Positions 1 to 8,353 of a stretch of DNA of 61,259 nt are shown here, piece by piece. The first letter of the stretch is position 1. Each line of letters opens with the position of its first letter. Both the position numbers and the translations under genes were made by a program. This DNA is from a virus (lineage: Duplodnaviria; Caudoviricetes): positions 1-61,259 of the IMG/VR virus record IMGVR_UViG_3300045003_000239, one strand, 5' to 3'. The notes under the pieces were generated by a model. That model ran no database searches. It was not told the DNA's origin and saw only the letters and a program-made list of their open reading frames with translations.

Positions 1-145
1 GGGAGCCCGTCTTCTTTAGGGGGGGGGGGCACGGAGAACCCGCCAGCAGCCAACCCTGAGGGACTGGGTCCCGTGCAACATCACGCTCAAGCGCGGGCTC
101 ACGGGCGCGAAGCCCGAAGGCTTCTGCTTCTGGGTCTTCGAGTGG
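1..145. repeat. Terminal direct repeat / circular overlap, left copy
   Basis: Identical to 61116-61259 except one extra G in the poly-G run (145 vs 144 bp). Confidence 0.95.
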
Positions 146-262
146 CTGAACCTCCAGCCCGACGACGAGTTCCACGACCTCTTCCCCGGCAGCGGCGCCG
201 TCACGCGCGCCTGGGAGAAGTGGCGCGCGCAGAAGCTCGGAGGTGCGCCCGTTGAAGCGTGA
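1..262 (+). CDS. 3' part of beta-class amino-DNA methyltransferase that wraps the join (5' part 60848-61259); frameshifted at the poly-G tract
   Basis: With G9 the frame reads FFRGGARRTRQQPTLRDWVPCNITLKRGLTGAKPEGFCFWVFEWLNLQPDDEFHDLFPGSGAVTRAWEKW (SAM motif DLFPGSG), TGA at 260-262. Confidence 0.85.
19..29 (+). repeat. Poly-G tract G11 inside MTase (out of frame)
   Basis: Direct count; the other terminal copy has G10. Confidence 0.9.
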
Positions 263-1286
263 GGACGCCTGGCTCGCGCACCTGGGCACCACGGCGAGCG
301 CGCGCTTCCCGCGCGAGGTCGCCTTCCCCGTCCAGGGCGTGGACCGCTTCACGCGCGTCCTCGTCCACAGCCCCAACGACTACGTCGAGCTCCTCGACCG
401 CCTCGCCAGCTCGCGCAACACGTACACCGGCGTGTACAGCCTTCCCCAGAAGCGCGAGCGCGTCTTCCACGTCGCCTACATGGACGTGGACGCCCCGACC
501 TTCGCCGAGGCGCACGTCCAGAGCGAGGCCCTCGTCCAGGAGAGCTATCGCCGCTACGGCAAGTTCCCTCGCGAGTACGTGAGCGGCGCCAAGGGCTTCG
601 CGCTCTACTGGGCCTTCCCCGAGTGCGCCGCGGACCCGCGCGCCATCCGCGACTGGTGCCTCAAGCTCGCCGCCGACGCCGGCGTCACGCTCCAGGACAC
701 GACCGTCCTGGGCGAGGTCGAGCGCGTCAGCCGCGTCCCATACACCTACAACTTCAACGCCGTCGAGAAGATCGGCCGCCCCGCGGTCTGCGTCCCCGTG
801 GATCCTCGCTGGAGCGCCGACGAGATGCTCCAGGAGAGCCGCGAGCCCTCCCGCTTCCTCGCGCCCACGGGCGACGTCTTCCCCGAGGTCGCGAGCGAGC
901 TCATGGACCTCACCCGCGCGCTGCCACCCGAGACGCCCGCGGCCGAGCTCCTCGCGCGCTTCGACCTCTCCCGCGCCGACGCGACCGTCCAGTTCTTCGT
1001 CGAGAACGCCGCGAAGGTCCGCGACGGCCGCCACCGCATCCTCGGCATGGTCCTGATCCCCTGGTGCGCCGCGAGCGGACGCACGGAGGCTGAGACCATC
1101 GCCTTCTGCGGCGCGTGGATCAAGACGACGCACGAGCCGCCGCACGACTACCGCGAGCACGTCCGCGCGAACTACGACTGGGCCCGCCGGCGCACGTGGC
1201 GCCCGTGGAGCCTGGAGTCGTTCTTCAAGAAGAATCCGGAGCTGCTCACGCAGTTCCTCTCGTCCTCACCCGAGGTGACCCCCTAA
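252..1286 (+). CDS. Archaeo-eukaryotic primase (PriS-like) with C-terminal PriX-like domain
   Basis: YMDVD (DxD), SGAKGF, SRVPYTYN motifs; C-terminal DGRHRILGMVLIPW; GGAGGTG SD before TTG 252 (alternative GTG 243). Confidence 0.8.
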   Translation: MKREDAWLAHLGTTASARFPREVAFPVQGVDRFTRVLVHSPNDYVELLDRLASSRNTYTGVYSLPQKRERVFHVAYMDVDAPTFAEAHVQSEALVQESYRRYGKFPREYVSGAKGFALYWAFPECAADPRAIRDWCLKLAADAGVTLQDTTVLGEVERVSRVPYTYNFNAVEKIGRPAVCVPVDPRWSADEMLQESREPSRFLAPTGDVFPEVASELMDLTRALPPETPAAELLARFDLSRADATVQFFVENAAKVRDGRHRILGMVLIPWCAASGRTEAETIAFCGAWIKTTHEPPHDYREHVRANYDWARRRTWRPWSLESFFKKNPELLTQFLSSSPEVTP

Positions 1287-1564
1287 TGGCCTGGAAAAAC
1301 AACGAGTCCGTCGAAGTCCAACAGAACGCCGTCATGTCCGCCATCCGCCGCGCCCTCAACGGGAAGCGGCAGGTGACCGCGACTGAGGCCTACGAGGCAT
1401 ACAAGCAGGAGACCCTGCCCGAGCCGATCACGCACTTCAGCAACCGCCGCTTCCTCGACTACATCCACAAGCTCGAGGAGCAGAAGCAGGTCAAGTGCAT
1501 CGTCGTGAGCCGCGGGCGCAAGGGCGCCGCGCTCCACGTGAGCCTCCCGGAGGCGACCGCGTGA
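1286..1564 (+). CDS. Stand-alone Cdc6/Orc1 C-terminal winged-helix domain protein
   Basis: TEAYEAYK...FSNRRFLDYIHKLEEQKQVKCIVVSRGRKG...VSL matches the Cdc6_C pattern; TAATG overlap with primase. Confidence 0.75.
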   Translation: MAWKNNESVEVQQNAVMSAIRRALNGKRQVTATEAYEAYKQETLPEPITHFSNRRFLDYIHKLEEQKQVKCIVVSRGRKGAALHVSLPEATA

Positions 1565-2100
1565 ACGCGCCCCTCGTCCGCCGCAGCACGCACGAGAGCG
1601 TCGTCGAGGGCTACGAGAAGAGCCTCGCCGCCCGCGACGCCCTCATCCGCGAGCAGGAGAAGAAGATCGCCGACCAGAACCGCGCCATCGCGACGCTCAA
1701 CGCCGAGCACGCCCGCGAGGTCGCCGAGATCCGCCAGCAGGCCCGGGACCAGTTCCAGGACGCCATCCTCGCCTCCACCGAAGCCCTCGCCGAGGCCTAC
1801 GAGGAAGTCGCCGCCATCACGCGCACCCTCTCCGGCCGCGGGCGCCCGCGCATCTGCGCGCGGTGCACCAACGGCGTCGGCGAGCACAACGAGCACTGCG
1901 TCGGCGCGCGCATCGTCGAGTACGCGACCATCAAGGCCGGCGAGTACCGCGCCCGCCTCCCGCCCCTCCACGATGCGACCGCTCCCACCATGACGTCCGC
2001 GCTCCAGGGCGAGGACGCCAAGGCTGCCATGGACGAGAACGGCGTGAGTCCCGACGAGCACGCCGTCTTCGAGAACGCCCTCGCGTCCGAACCCGCGTGA
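1561..2100 (+). CDS. Hypothetical coiled-coil protein with CxxC/HxxxC metal site
   Basis: GTGA overlap, typical codon usage. Confidence 0.6.
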   Translation: MNAPLVRRSTHESVVEGYEKSLAARDALIREQEKKIADQNRAIATLNAEHAREVAEIRQQARDQFQDAILASTEALAEAYEEVAAITRTLSGRGRPRICARCTNGVGEHNEHCVGARIVEYATIKAGEYRARLPPLHDATAPTMTSALQGEDAKAAMDENGVSPDEHAVFENALASEPA

Positions 2101-2105
2101 ACCCC

Positions 2106-3434
2106 ATGTCCACCGCCGCCCAGTGGCTCAAGGCCAACACGCACACGCTCGACTTCTGGGACGCCAACGCGGACCAGATCTGGGGCGTCGTGACCAGCGG
2201 CGGCAGCGGCAACAAGTACACCGTCTCCCTCACGAGCGACGGACGCGCAACGTGCGGCTGCGCCTACTCCTGGATCGGCCCCGGCCGGTTTTGCAGCCAC
2301 CTCTGCGCGCTCCTTCTGAAGATGCCCCAGGTCGTCGTCGCCCAGCGCCTCGAGGCCATGGTCCGCATCCAGCACGACGACGAACCCTTCCCCCTCCCTT
2401 CGGTGACCCAGATGAAAGGCGACTTCGGCTATCTCACGACGACCATCCCCGCGTTCAACGACCTCATGGGCGGCCTGCCCTACGGCACCATGATGGGCCT
2501 CTACGGCCCGGCCGGCACCGGCAAGAGCATCATCGCCATCCAGGCCGCGTTCGAGACGCTCGCCCAGCGCCCCGGCGACGCGCTCTTCGTGGACACCGAG
2601 GGCGGCTACGGCACCATCGTGGAATGGACCCCCATCCTCGCGAAGCGCTACGGCCTCGACGTCCAGGTCGTCCCCCTCGCCAGCAGCGTGGATGAGGACG
2701 AGAAGGTCACCGTCGTGCCCGTCGTCGCCGTCCAGAAGGGCAAGCGCCACATCTTCGTCGCCGACATCCGCAGCATCGAGCCTCTCAGCGACTTTCACGG
2801 CCGCAGCGGGCGCATCAGCATCTCCGAGGTCAAGGAGAAGGGCGGCGAGCTCAAGGGCGGCAAGATCACCTGGAAGAAGCTCAACACGGGCTGGGTCAAC
2901 GACGTCTGGGAGACGCCCATCGGGAAGTGGTGTGCGAAGCACAAGATCTGCTTCCTCGCCTACGACAGCGTCACGAACCCGCTGGAGGTCTTCGGCAGCA
3001 ACGCCGAGTCGTTCCCCGCCCGCGGCGACGCCACGAAGGACCTCCTCAACGTCGCCCAGCTCATGACGTACGAGATGAGCCTCGTCACCGTCGCCATCAT
3101 GCACGAGGTCGTGAACCCGCAGAGCACGGGCGGCCAGCGCCCGCAGCAGACCGGCGGGAGCGGCGTCGCGTACAACTTCAAGATCAAGGTGTACGTCGAG
3201 GGCCCCCGCAAGAGCTTCCACACGCCCCAGCTCGAAAAGGAGGTGAACGCGCGGCGCGGCAAGAACACGCGCCTCTTCTGGCTCAGCCGCCACCTCTCGC
3301 GCAAGGAGTGGGAGCGCCCCGTCCTCCTCGACCTCACGAACGACGGCTACGTCGGCGCCGGCGAGAAGGCCACGCCCTTCGTCGAGCCCACCGACCCCAC
3401 CGCCGAGCCCGAGGCCGAGCCGGAGGTGAGCTGA
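2106..3434 (+). CDS. SWIM zinc finger fused to RadA/RadB-like RecA-family ATPase
   Basis: YTVSL..ATCGC..FCSHL (SWIM); Walker A GPAGTGKS, FVDTEGG, Walker B AYDS. Confidence 0.85.
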   Translation: MSTAAQWLKANTHTLDFWDANADQIWGVVTSGGSGNKYTVSLTSDGRATCGCAYSWIGPGRFCSHLCALLLKMPQVVVAQRLEAMVRIQHDDEPFPLPSVTQMKGDFGYLTTTIPAFNDLMGGLPYGTMMGLYGPAGTGKSIIAIQAAFETLAQRPGDALFVDTEGGYGTIVEWTPILAKRYGLDVQVVPLASSVDEDEKVTVVPVVAVQKGKRHIFVADIRSIEPLSDFHGRSGRISISEVKEKGGELKGGKITWKKLNTGWVNDVWETPIGKWCAKHKICFLAYDSVTNPLEVFGSNAESFPARGDATKDLLNVAQLMTYEMSLVTVAIMHEVVNPQSTGGQRPQQTGGSGVAYNFKIKVYVEGPRKSFHTPQLEKEVNARRGKNTRLFWLSRHLSRKEWERPVLLDLTNDGYVGAGEKATPFVEPTDPTAEPEAEPEVS

Positions 3435-3698
3435 ATGGCGCCCGACGTCAAGGCCATCGTCGTCGAGATCGCCAAGGTCAGCCTCCGCAAGGGCGACCTC
3501 CTCATCGTCAAGGTCCCGCCGGGCTGCTCGCAGCAGATCCGAGACCAGGTCCACCGCGAGCTCAAGGCCATGCAGTCGGACGGCGCGCTCAACGGCGCCC
3601 ACTACATCGTCGCCGACCACGGCTTCGACTTCGTCCAGGGCCAGGGCCCCGCCCACGAAGCTCCCGCCGCCCCGCCCGCGGGAGGTGCGCCCCAGTGA
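3435..3698 (+). CDS. Hypothetical protein
   Basis: GGAGGTG SD, coupled ORF. Confidence 0.55.
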   Translation: MAPDVKAIVVEIAKVSLRKGDLLIVKVPPGCSQQIRDQVHRELKAMQSDGALNGAHYIVADHGFDFVQGQGPAHEAPAAPPAGGAPQ

Positions 3699-5164
3699 GC
3701 GTCGAAGCCCTCCCCCACTGGAAGGACACCGTCGCCCTCCTCAAGACGAAGGGCTACACGGACGAGCAGATCACCAGCGCGGCCGACGCCAAGCGCAAGA
3801 TGCTGGGCAAGGCCGCGCGCACCGAGGACTTCGTCCTCTGGACCGTCGCCCTCGGCTTCGGCGTCGAGGTCCCCAAGATCACGACGATGGAGCGCAAGCC
3901 CCGCGGCGAGGCCAAGCCCATCACCGCCGGCGACGTCACGCGCGAGTTCGGCGAGACGAACAAGGACCAGGAGTTCGCCATCGAAGGCTGGGTCCTCAAC
4001 CCCGTCGAGTACTACACGAAGACGACCCCGCCCAAGCCCCGCATCAAGGTGGCCTTCGTGGACTCCACCGGCAGCACGCAGATCACGTGCTTCGGCGAGG
4101 AGTCCTGCGAGCACTGGCGCAACCACGAGCTCGACTACCCCAGCTTCGTCCGCCTCGAGGGCCTCCAGGTCTTCGCGCTCGGCGAGGACGGCGTGACGCT
4201 CACGCACGGCAAGTTCGCGCGGTGCACGAAGCTGGACCCGGCCTACCCGCTGGAGAAGGCGCTGCCCGACGCGAGCGACGCCTACGTGGCCGAAGGCAAG
4301 CTCGCCCGCATCCAGGGCTTCGTCACGGACGAGTCCCAGAAGACGTGGAAGCGCTGCTCGAAGTGCGGCAAGGGCGACAAGAACTGCAAGGGCCACCAGG
4401 GCGGCCAGACGTACGAGGACCAGGAGATCCACACGGTCACCGTCTTCGACGGCAACGCGCGCCACACCCTGGTGATGTTCGACGAGCTCGCGCCGCGCCG
4501 CAAGCTCTACGGCTTCCCCATCGAGGCCATCGGCCTCTACCGCAAGAAGGAGAAGGGCCCCGGCGAGTTCGAGGCTGTCATCGTGAACGTCGGCGCCGAG
4601 CCCGCCTTCAAGCCGCTCCCCACGACGCTCAAGCCCGAGTCGAAGCCCGCGCCCGCCCCGCGCGCCGCGCCCCAGCGCAGCGGCGACAACGCCGTCTGGC
4701 CGCAGACGGTGGACGTCCTCAACCGCGCCCTCCGCCCGCACCGCCTCCGCCCCGTCACGGACGTCCTCCAGGCGTTCCAGGAGGCCGGCATCGGCGCGGA
4801 GGACGCGCAGGACCAGATGAACCGCGCGTGCGCCCAAGGCATCGTGCGCGCCGCGGGCGAGCAGTACCAGTGGATGGGCGGTGACCCCCAGGTCGGCGAG
4901 CCTCCCGCCGCCGCCCCGGCGCCCGCGACCTCGCCCGCCGCGAGCGCGCCGCCTGCCTCGTCCGAGGAGCGTTCCCGCCAGCGCAAGGTCATGGGCCTCG
5001 TCCGCAAGCTCGACGACGGCAAGGGCGCCCCCTGGGACAAGGTAGCTGAAGCCGCCGCGAGCGAGGGCATGGACGCGAAGATGATCGACGAGACCATCGA
5101 AGCGATGCTGACCACCGGCGACGTCTGGGAACCCGTCCTCGGTCGCCTCAAGCCCAAGGAGTGA
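3695..5164 (+). CDS. Archaeal RPA-like ssDNA-binding protein (OB folds, Zn finger, C-terminal winged helix)
   Basis: FVDSTGSTQITCFGE OB signature, CSKC..CKGH, C-terminal GAPWDKV..G..IDETIEAMLTTGDVWEP..GRLK. Confidence 0.8.
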   Translation: MSVEALPHWKDTVALLKTKGYTDEQITSAADAKRKMLGKAARTEDFVLWTVALGFGVEVPKITTMERKPRGEAKPITAGDVTREFGETNKDQEFAIEGWVLNPVEYYTKTTPPKPRIKVAFVDSTGSTQITCFGEESCEHWRNHELDYPSFVRLEGLQVFALGEDGVTLTHGKFARCTKLDPAYPLEKALPDASDAYVAEGKLARIQGFVTDESQKTWKRCSKCGKGDKNCKGHQGGQTYEDQEIHTVTVFDGNARHTLVMFDELAPRRKLYGFPIEAIGLYRKKEKGPGEFEAVIVNVGAEPAFKPLPTTLKPESKPAPAPRAAPQRSGDNAVWPQTVDVLNRALRPHRLRPVTDVLQAFQEAGIGAEDAQDQMNRACAQGIVRAAGEQYQWMGGDPQVGEPPAAAPAPATSPAASAPPASSEERSRQRKVMGLVRKLDDGKGAPWDKVAEAAASEGMDAKMIDETIEAMLTTGDVWEPVLGRLKPKE

Positions 5165-5170
5165 GCCGCC

Positions 5171-5839
5171 TTGGAAGCGCCGGCCCCCTTCCCCATCCTC
5201 GTGGACGACCGCGAGGACAAGAAGCTCCTCGCGAAGCTCGCCAAGATCGAGGGCGCCCAAGTCCTCGTCACGCGCCTCCCAGTGGGCGACGTGAGCATCG
5301 GCGACTACCTCTGCGAGCGGAAGGAGGCCGGCGACTTCTTCAACAGCCTCATGGACCACCGCTTGTTCCGCCAACTCAAAGAGCTGCGCGACAACAGCGA
5401 GTTCCCCATCCTCATCTTCTGCGGCGATCCCCACGTCGAAATCTCGTGGCGCCGCACGGATGCCCAGCGCCTCCACATGAGCTTCATCGGCGCGAAGGCC
5501 GCCATCGCGCGCATGGGCATCAGCTTCCTCGAGGTCCGCAGCGACGACGAGTACATCGAGCTCCTCGTCTCGATGGCGAAGCAGGCGAACCCGAACCGCC
5601 CGCCCAGCGACCGGCCCGTCCTCACGCGCAAGGCGGACCGCAAGCCGCAGGAAGTCGCGAGCGACGTCCTCTGCGCGCTCGACGGCGTCGGGCGCGACCT
5701 CGCGGACAAGCTCCTCGCGCGCTTCGGCACCATCCAGGCCATCGCGAACGCCAGCATGGAGGATCTCCGCGCCGTCCCCGGCTGCGGCCCCACGAAGGCC
5801 CAGGCCGTCCACGAAGCGTTCCGCTACCGGAGGACCTGA
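5171..5839 (+). CDS. XPF/ERCC4 (Hef-like) structure-specific nuclease with HhH
   Basis: ILVDDRE, LPVGD, ERKEAGDF..SL.D.RLF.Q, C-terminal (HhH)2. Confidence 0.92.
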   Translation: MEAPAPFPILVDDREDKKLLAKLAKIEGAQVLVTRLPVGDVSIGDYLCERKEAGDFFNSLMDHRLFRQLKELRDNSEFPILIFCGDPHVEISWRRTDAQRLHMSFIGAKAAIARMGISFLEVRSDDEYIELLVSMAKQANPNRPPSDRPVLTRKADRKPQEVASDVLCALDGVGRDLADKLLARFGTIQAIANASMEDLRAVPGCGPTKAQAVHEAFRYRRT

Positions 5840-5841
5840 CC

Positions 5842-6393
5842 ATGGGCACGCGCGTGAACGAGAAGACCGGCCAGGTCGTGCGCTTCGAGGAGGGCGACGC
5901 CTTCCGCACCGGCATGGTCTGGCGCCGCCCCATCGCGCGCTGGTTCGAGCGCCAGGCCTCCCGCCTCGACCTCCAGCGCCCCCTCGTCCACGTCTGCTCG
6001 GGCTCCTCGAGCCTCGGCGAGATCCGCGTGGACGCCGTCCATCCCCACGCAAACCTCCGCGCCGACGCCTTCCAGCTCCCGTTCAAGGACGAGAGCCTGG
6101 GCACGGTCATCTACGACGGCACGTACGAGATCAGCCTCCCCAAGCGCGTCGCCATCTGCAAGGAGCTTCGCCGGGTTATCCGACCAGGGGGGGGGCTGCT
6201 TTGGAAGCAGCGATGGCGCCCGCTCGAAGGCCTCTTCCTCATCGAAGAGGAATGGGTCGTCGGGCGCCGCGTCGGGTTGCCGCGCGACGTGGACCTCCTC
6301 ATCCGCACACAGCGGCGCTTCCCCGGCCCGAAGGTCGGCCAAGGCATCAAGACGGCCGCGCAGCGACGCGCCGGGGAGCGTGAGATAGCGTGA
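5842..6393 (+). CDS. SAM-dependent (probable DNA amino-) methyltransferase; poly-G in frame (ON)
   Basis: HVCSGSS, ADAFQLPFKDESLGTVIYDGTY (degenerate DPPY), ELRRVIRPGGG. Confidence 0.75.
   Translation: MGTRVNEKTGQVVRFEEGDAFRTGMVWRRPIARWFERQASRLDLQRPLVHVCSGSSSLGEIRVDAVHPHANLRADAFQLPFKDESLGTVIYDGTYEISLPKRVAICKELRRVIRPGGGLLWKQRWRPLEGLFLIEEEWVVGRRVGLPRDVDLLIRTQRRFPGPKVGQGIKTAAQRRAGEREIA
6187..6195 (+). repeat. Poly-G tract G9 (in frame)
   Basis: cca GGG GGG GGG ctg. Confidence 0.9.
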
Positions 6394-6966
6394 CCACCCA
6401 GCGCCTCAGCGTCGCGCACGTCAACGCTGCCTTCCCGAAGTACCCGATCACCGTGGACGACAAGGGCTGGGTGTACGGAGTCTGGTACTGCGGGACCGGC
6501 TGGCAGAAAGTCGTCCTCCACGGCCAGTACCCGCCTGGCTTCCTCAAGCGCGCGCTCGCCCTCTTCCCAGACGCTCGCGACGTTCTCCACGCGCCCAGCG
6601 GCACGCTCGGGCCCGAGTGGGGCACGACCGTGGACCTCGTCGTGGACGCCGTCCGCAAGCCCATGTACCAGGCCAGCGTCGCGGCGCTCCCCTTCGCCGA
6701 CAACAGCTTCGACCTCTACATCTCGGACCCGCCTTACACGGACGAGGACTCGAAGAAGTACGGCACGCCGCCCTTTCCCATGCGCGCCATGATGTCGGAG
6801 GCCAAGCGCGTTCTGCGAGGGGGGGGGGCACCTCGGAATCCTCCACCGGCACTATCCGACGTTCCGCCGGCAGGACTGGGACCTTGTTGGGCTCATCGCC
6901 GTCGTCACGGGGGCACAGCGCATGACGCGGATGTTCAGCATCTTCCGCAATCTCAAGGAGGAGTAG
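6390..6966 (+). CDS. DNA amino-methyltransferase (DPPY), frameshifted at G10 (OFF)
   Basis: VLHAPSG, LPFADNSFDLYISDPPY, KRVLRGGG; G9 gives HLGILHRHYPTFRRQDWDLVGLIAVVTGAQRMTRMFSIFRNLKEE* ending TAG 6964-6966. Confidence 0.88.
6819..6828 (+). repeat. Poly-G tract G10 (out of frame)
   Basis: Direct count. Confidence 0.9.
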
Positions 6967-6967
6967 C

Positions 6968-7416
6968 ATGAGCCTTCCCGTCGAAAAGGGGGGGGGGGCG
7001 ACTACGTCGCCTGGTACGCGAACCCGCGCCGCTCCGACGAGTGGGAAACGCCCGACGAGGTCTTCGCGACGCTCCATTCCGAGTTCCGCTTCACCGTGGA
7101 CGGAGCGGCCCGGGCCGAGAACACGAAGCTGCCTCGCTTCTGGTCGCCCGAGATGGACGCCCTCAAGCAGGAGTGGCGCGGCGAGCGCGTCTGGTGCAAT
7201 CCCCCGTACAGCCGCACCGCCGAGTTCATCGCGAAGGGCCACGAAGCCGACGTCGCGGTCTTCCTCGTGCCGGCGCGAACGAACGCGCGCTGGTTCCACG
7301 ATGCGCTCGCGCATGGCGCGCAGCCGCGGTTCTTCCCGCATCGTCTCAAGTTCAAGGGCGCCGAGAGCAGCGCGCCGTTCGACACGCTCCTGATGGTCTT
7401 CCGACGGTGGGTGTAG
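6968..7416 (+). CDS. Phage-type N6-adenine methyltransferase (Dam/T1-like, NPPY), frameshifted at G11 (OFF)
   Basis: SD AGGAGGA + ATG 6968; G9 joins MSLPVEKGGG to DYVAW..SDEWETPDEVF..EFRFTVDGAA..VWCNPPYS..VFLVPARTNARWF..APF. Confidence 0.9.
6988..6998 (+). repeat. Poly-G tract G11 (out of frame)
   Basis: Direct count. Confidence 0.9.
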
Positions 7417-7417
7417 C

Positions 7418-7939
7418 GTGATCGCAGCGCGCGAGGTCGTGGACATCGTCCGGGACAACCGGATGAACGGCCACTACCTCGAGCAGTGGGCCGCTGACCT
7501 TCTCCGCCGCATCCGCCGAGACGTCCAGGTTGTCGGCGGGATCCACGGCGGCGCCGTCCCCGACCACTTCCACCAGAGCGGCACGTGGGACATCCTCGCC
7601 GACGGCATCTTCTACGAGGTCAAGGGCTGCACCTTCCGCATCCGCCGAAGCAGCGTCCGCTCCAAGACGCAGTACGGCCGCTGGAAAATCGACGCCGACG
7701 CCCACCACGCCATCCCCGCCGACGTCGCCGCGCGCACGATGTACCTCCTCATCGTCCGCGTCGGCAAGCGCCCCGTCGTCGCCTACCTCGTCAGCCACGC
7801 GCGCATGACGAGCATCCTGGAGCGCTACTGGCGCCAGGGCCGCTTCGTGAGCCTGAGCCACATCGTCGTGGGCCGCGAGCTCCTCACCATCTTCGACGCC
7901 CGCCGCAAGGCGAGCAAACCGCGCAGGGGGGGGGCGTGA
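7418..7939 (+). CDS. Putative PD-(D/E)XK endonuclease
   Basis: E..A....WDILADGIFYEVKG pattern; follows the MTase cluster; G9 at 7926-7934 in its last codons. Confidence 0.55.
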   Translation: MIAAREVVDIVRDNRMNGHYLEQWAADLLRRIRRDVQVVGGIHGGAVPDHFHQSGTWDILADGIFYEVKGCTFRIRRSSVRSKTQYGRWKIDADAHHAIPADVAARTMYLLIVRVGKRPVVAYLVSHARMTSILERYWRQGRFVSLSHIVVGRELLTIFDARRKASKPRRGGA

Positions 7940-8029
7940 GCGTACTGCCTCACCTGCCGGCGCTTCTTCCTCGAAGCGTCGTTGACCTGCCCGCTGTGCG
8001 GATCTGACCACGTGAGGACGGTATAGAAT

Positions 8030-8323
8030 ATGGCACGCTGCTACCATGCGGGCGGAACGGACACCTGCTCGAACCCGACGTCTTGCACCTACGCGCTCGG
8101 CTTCTGGACCGCCAGAGCCGACATCGCCGAGGACGCGCACGCGCGCACCCTCGCCGAGCTCACCGACGCCCTCAAGAAACCCAAGCTGAGCCGCCGCGGC
8201 CTCGAAGCCGTCCTCAAGCGCGCGCAGGAGCGCGCCCTCGCGCCCGTCCCCGGCGACGTCCTGGAGGGCGGCATCCCGCGCCTCGAGAGCCTGACGCGGC
8301 ACCTCGCCCAAAAAACAGGGTAA
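8030..8323 (+). CDS. Hypothetical protein (Cys-rich N terminus)
   Basis: ORF with typical codon usage. Confidence 0.55.
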   Translation: MARCYHAGGTDTCSNPTSCTYALGFWTARADIAEDAHARTLAELTDALKKPKLSRRGLEAVLKRAQERALAPVPGDVLEGGIPRLESLTRHLAQKTG

Positions 8324-8353
8324 ATATATTGACCTCGGGGAGTACAGGCCGAG

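Noticed and set aside
1-145. Biological terminal repeat of the virion DNA
   Set aside because: It falls mid-gene at a homopolymer; more likely an assembly overlap of a circular or permuted genome.
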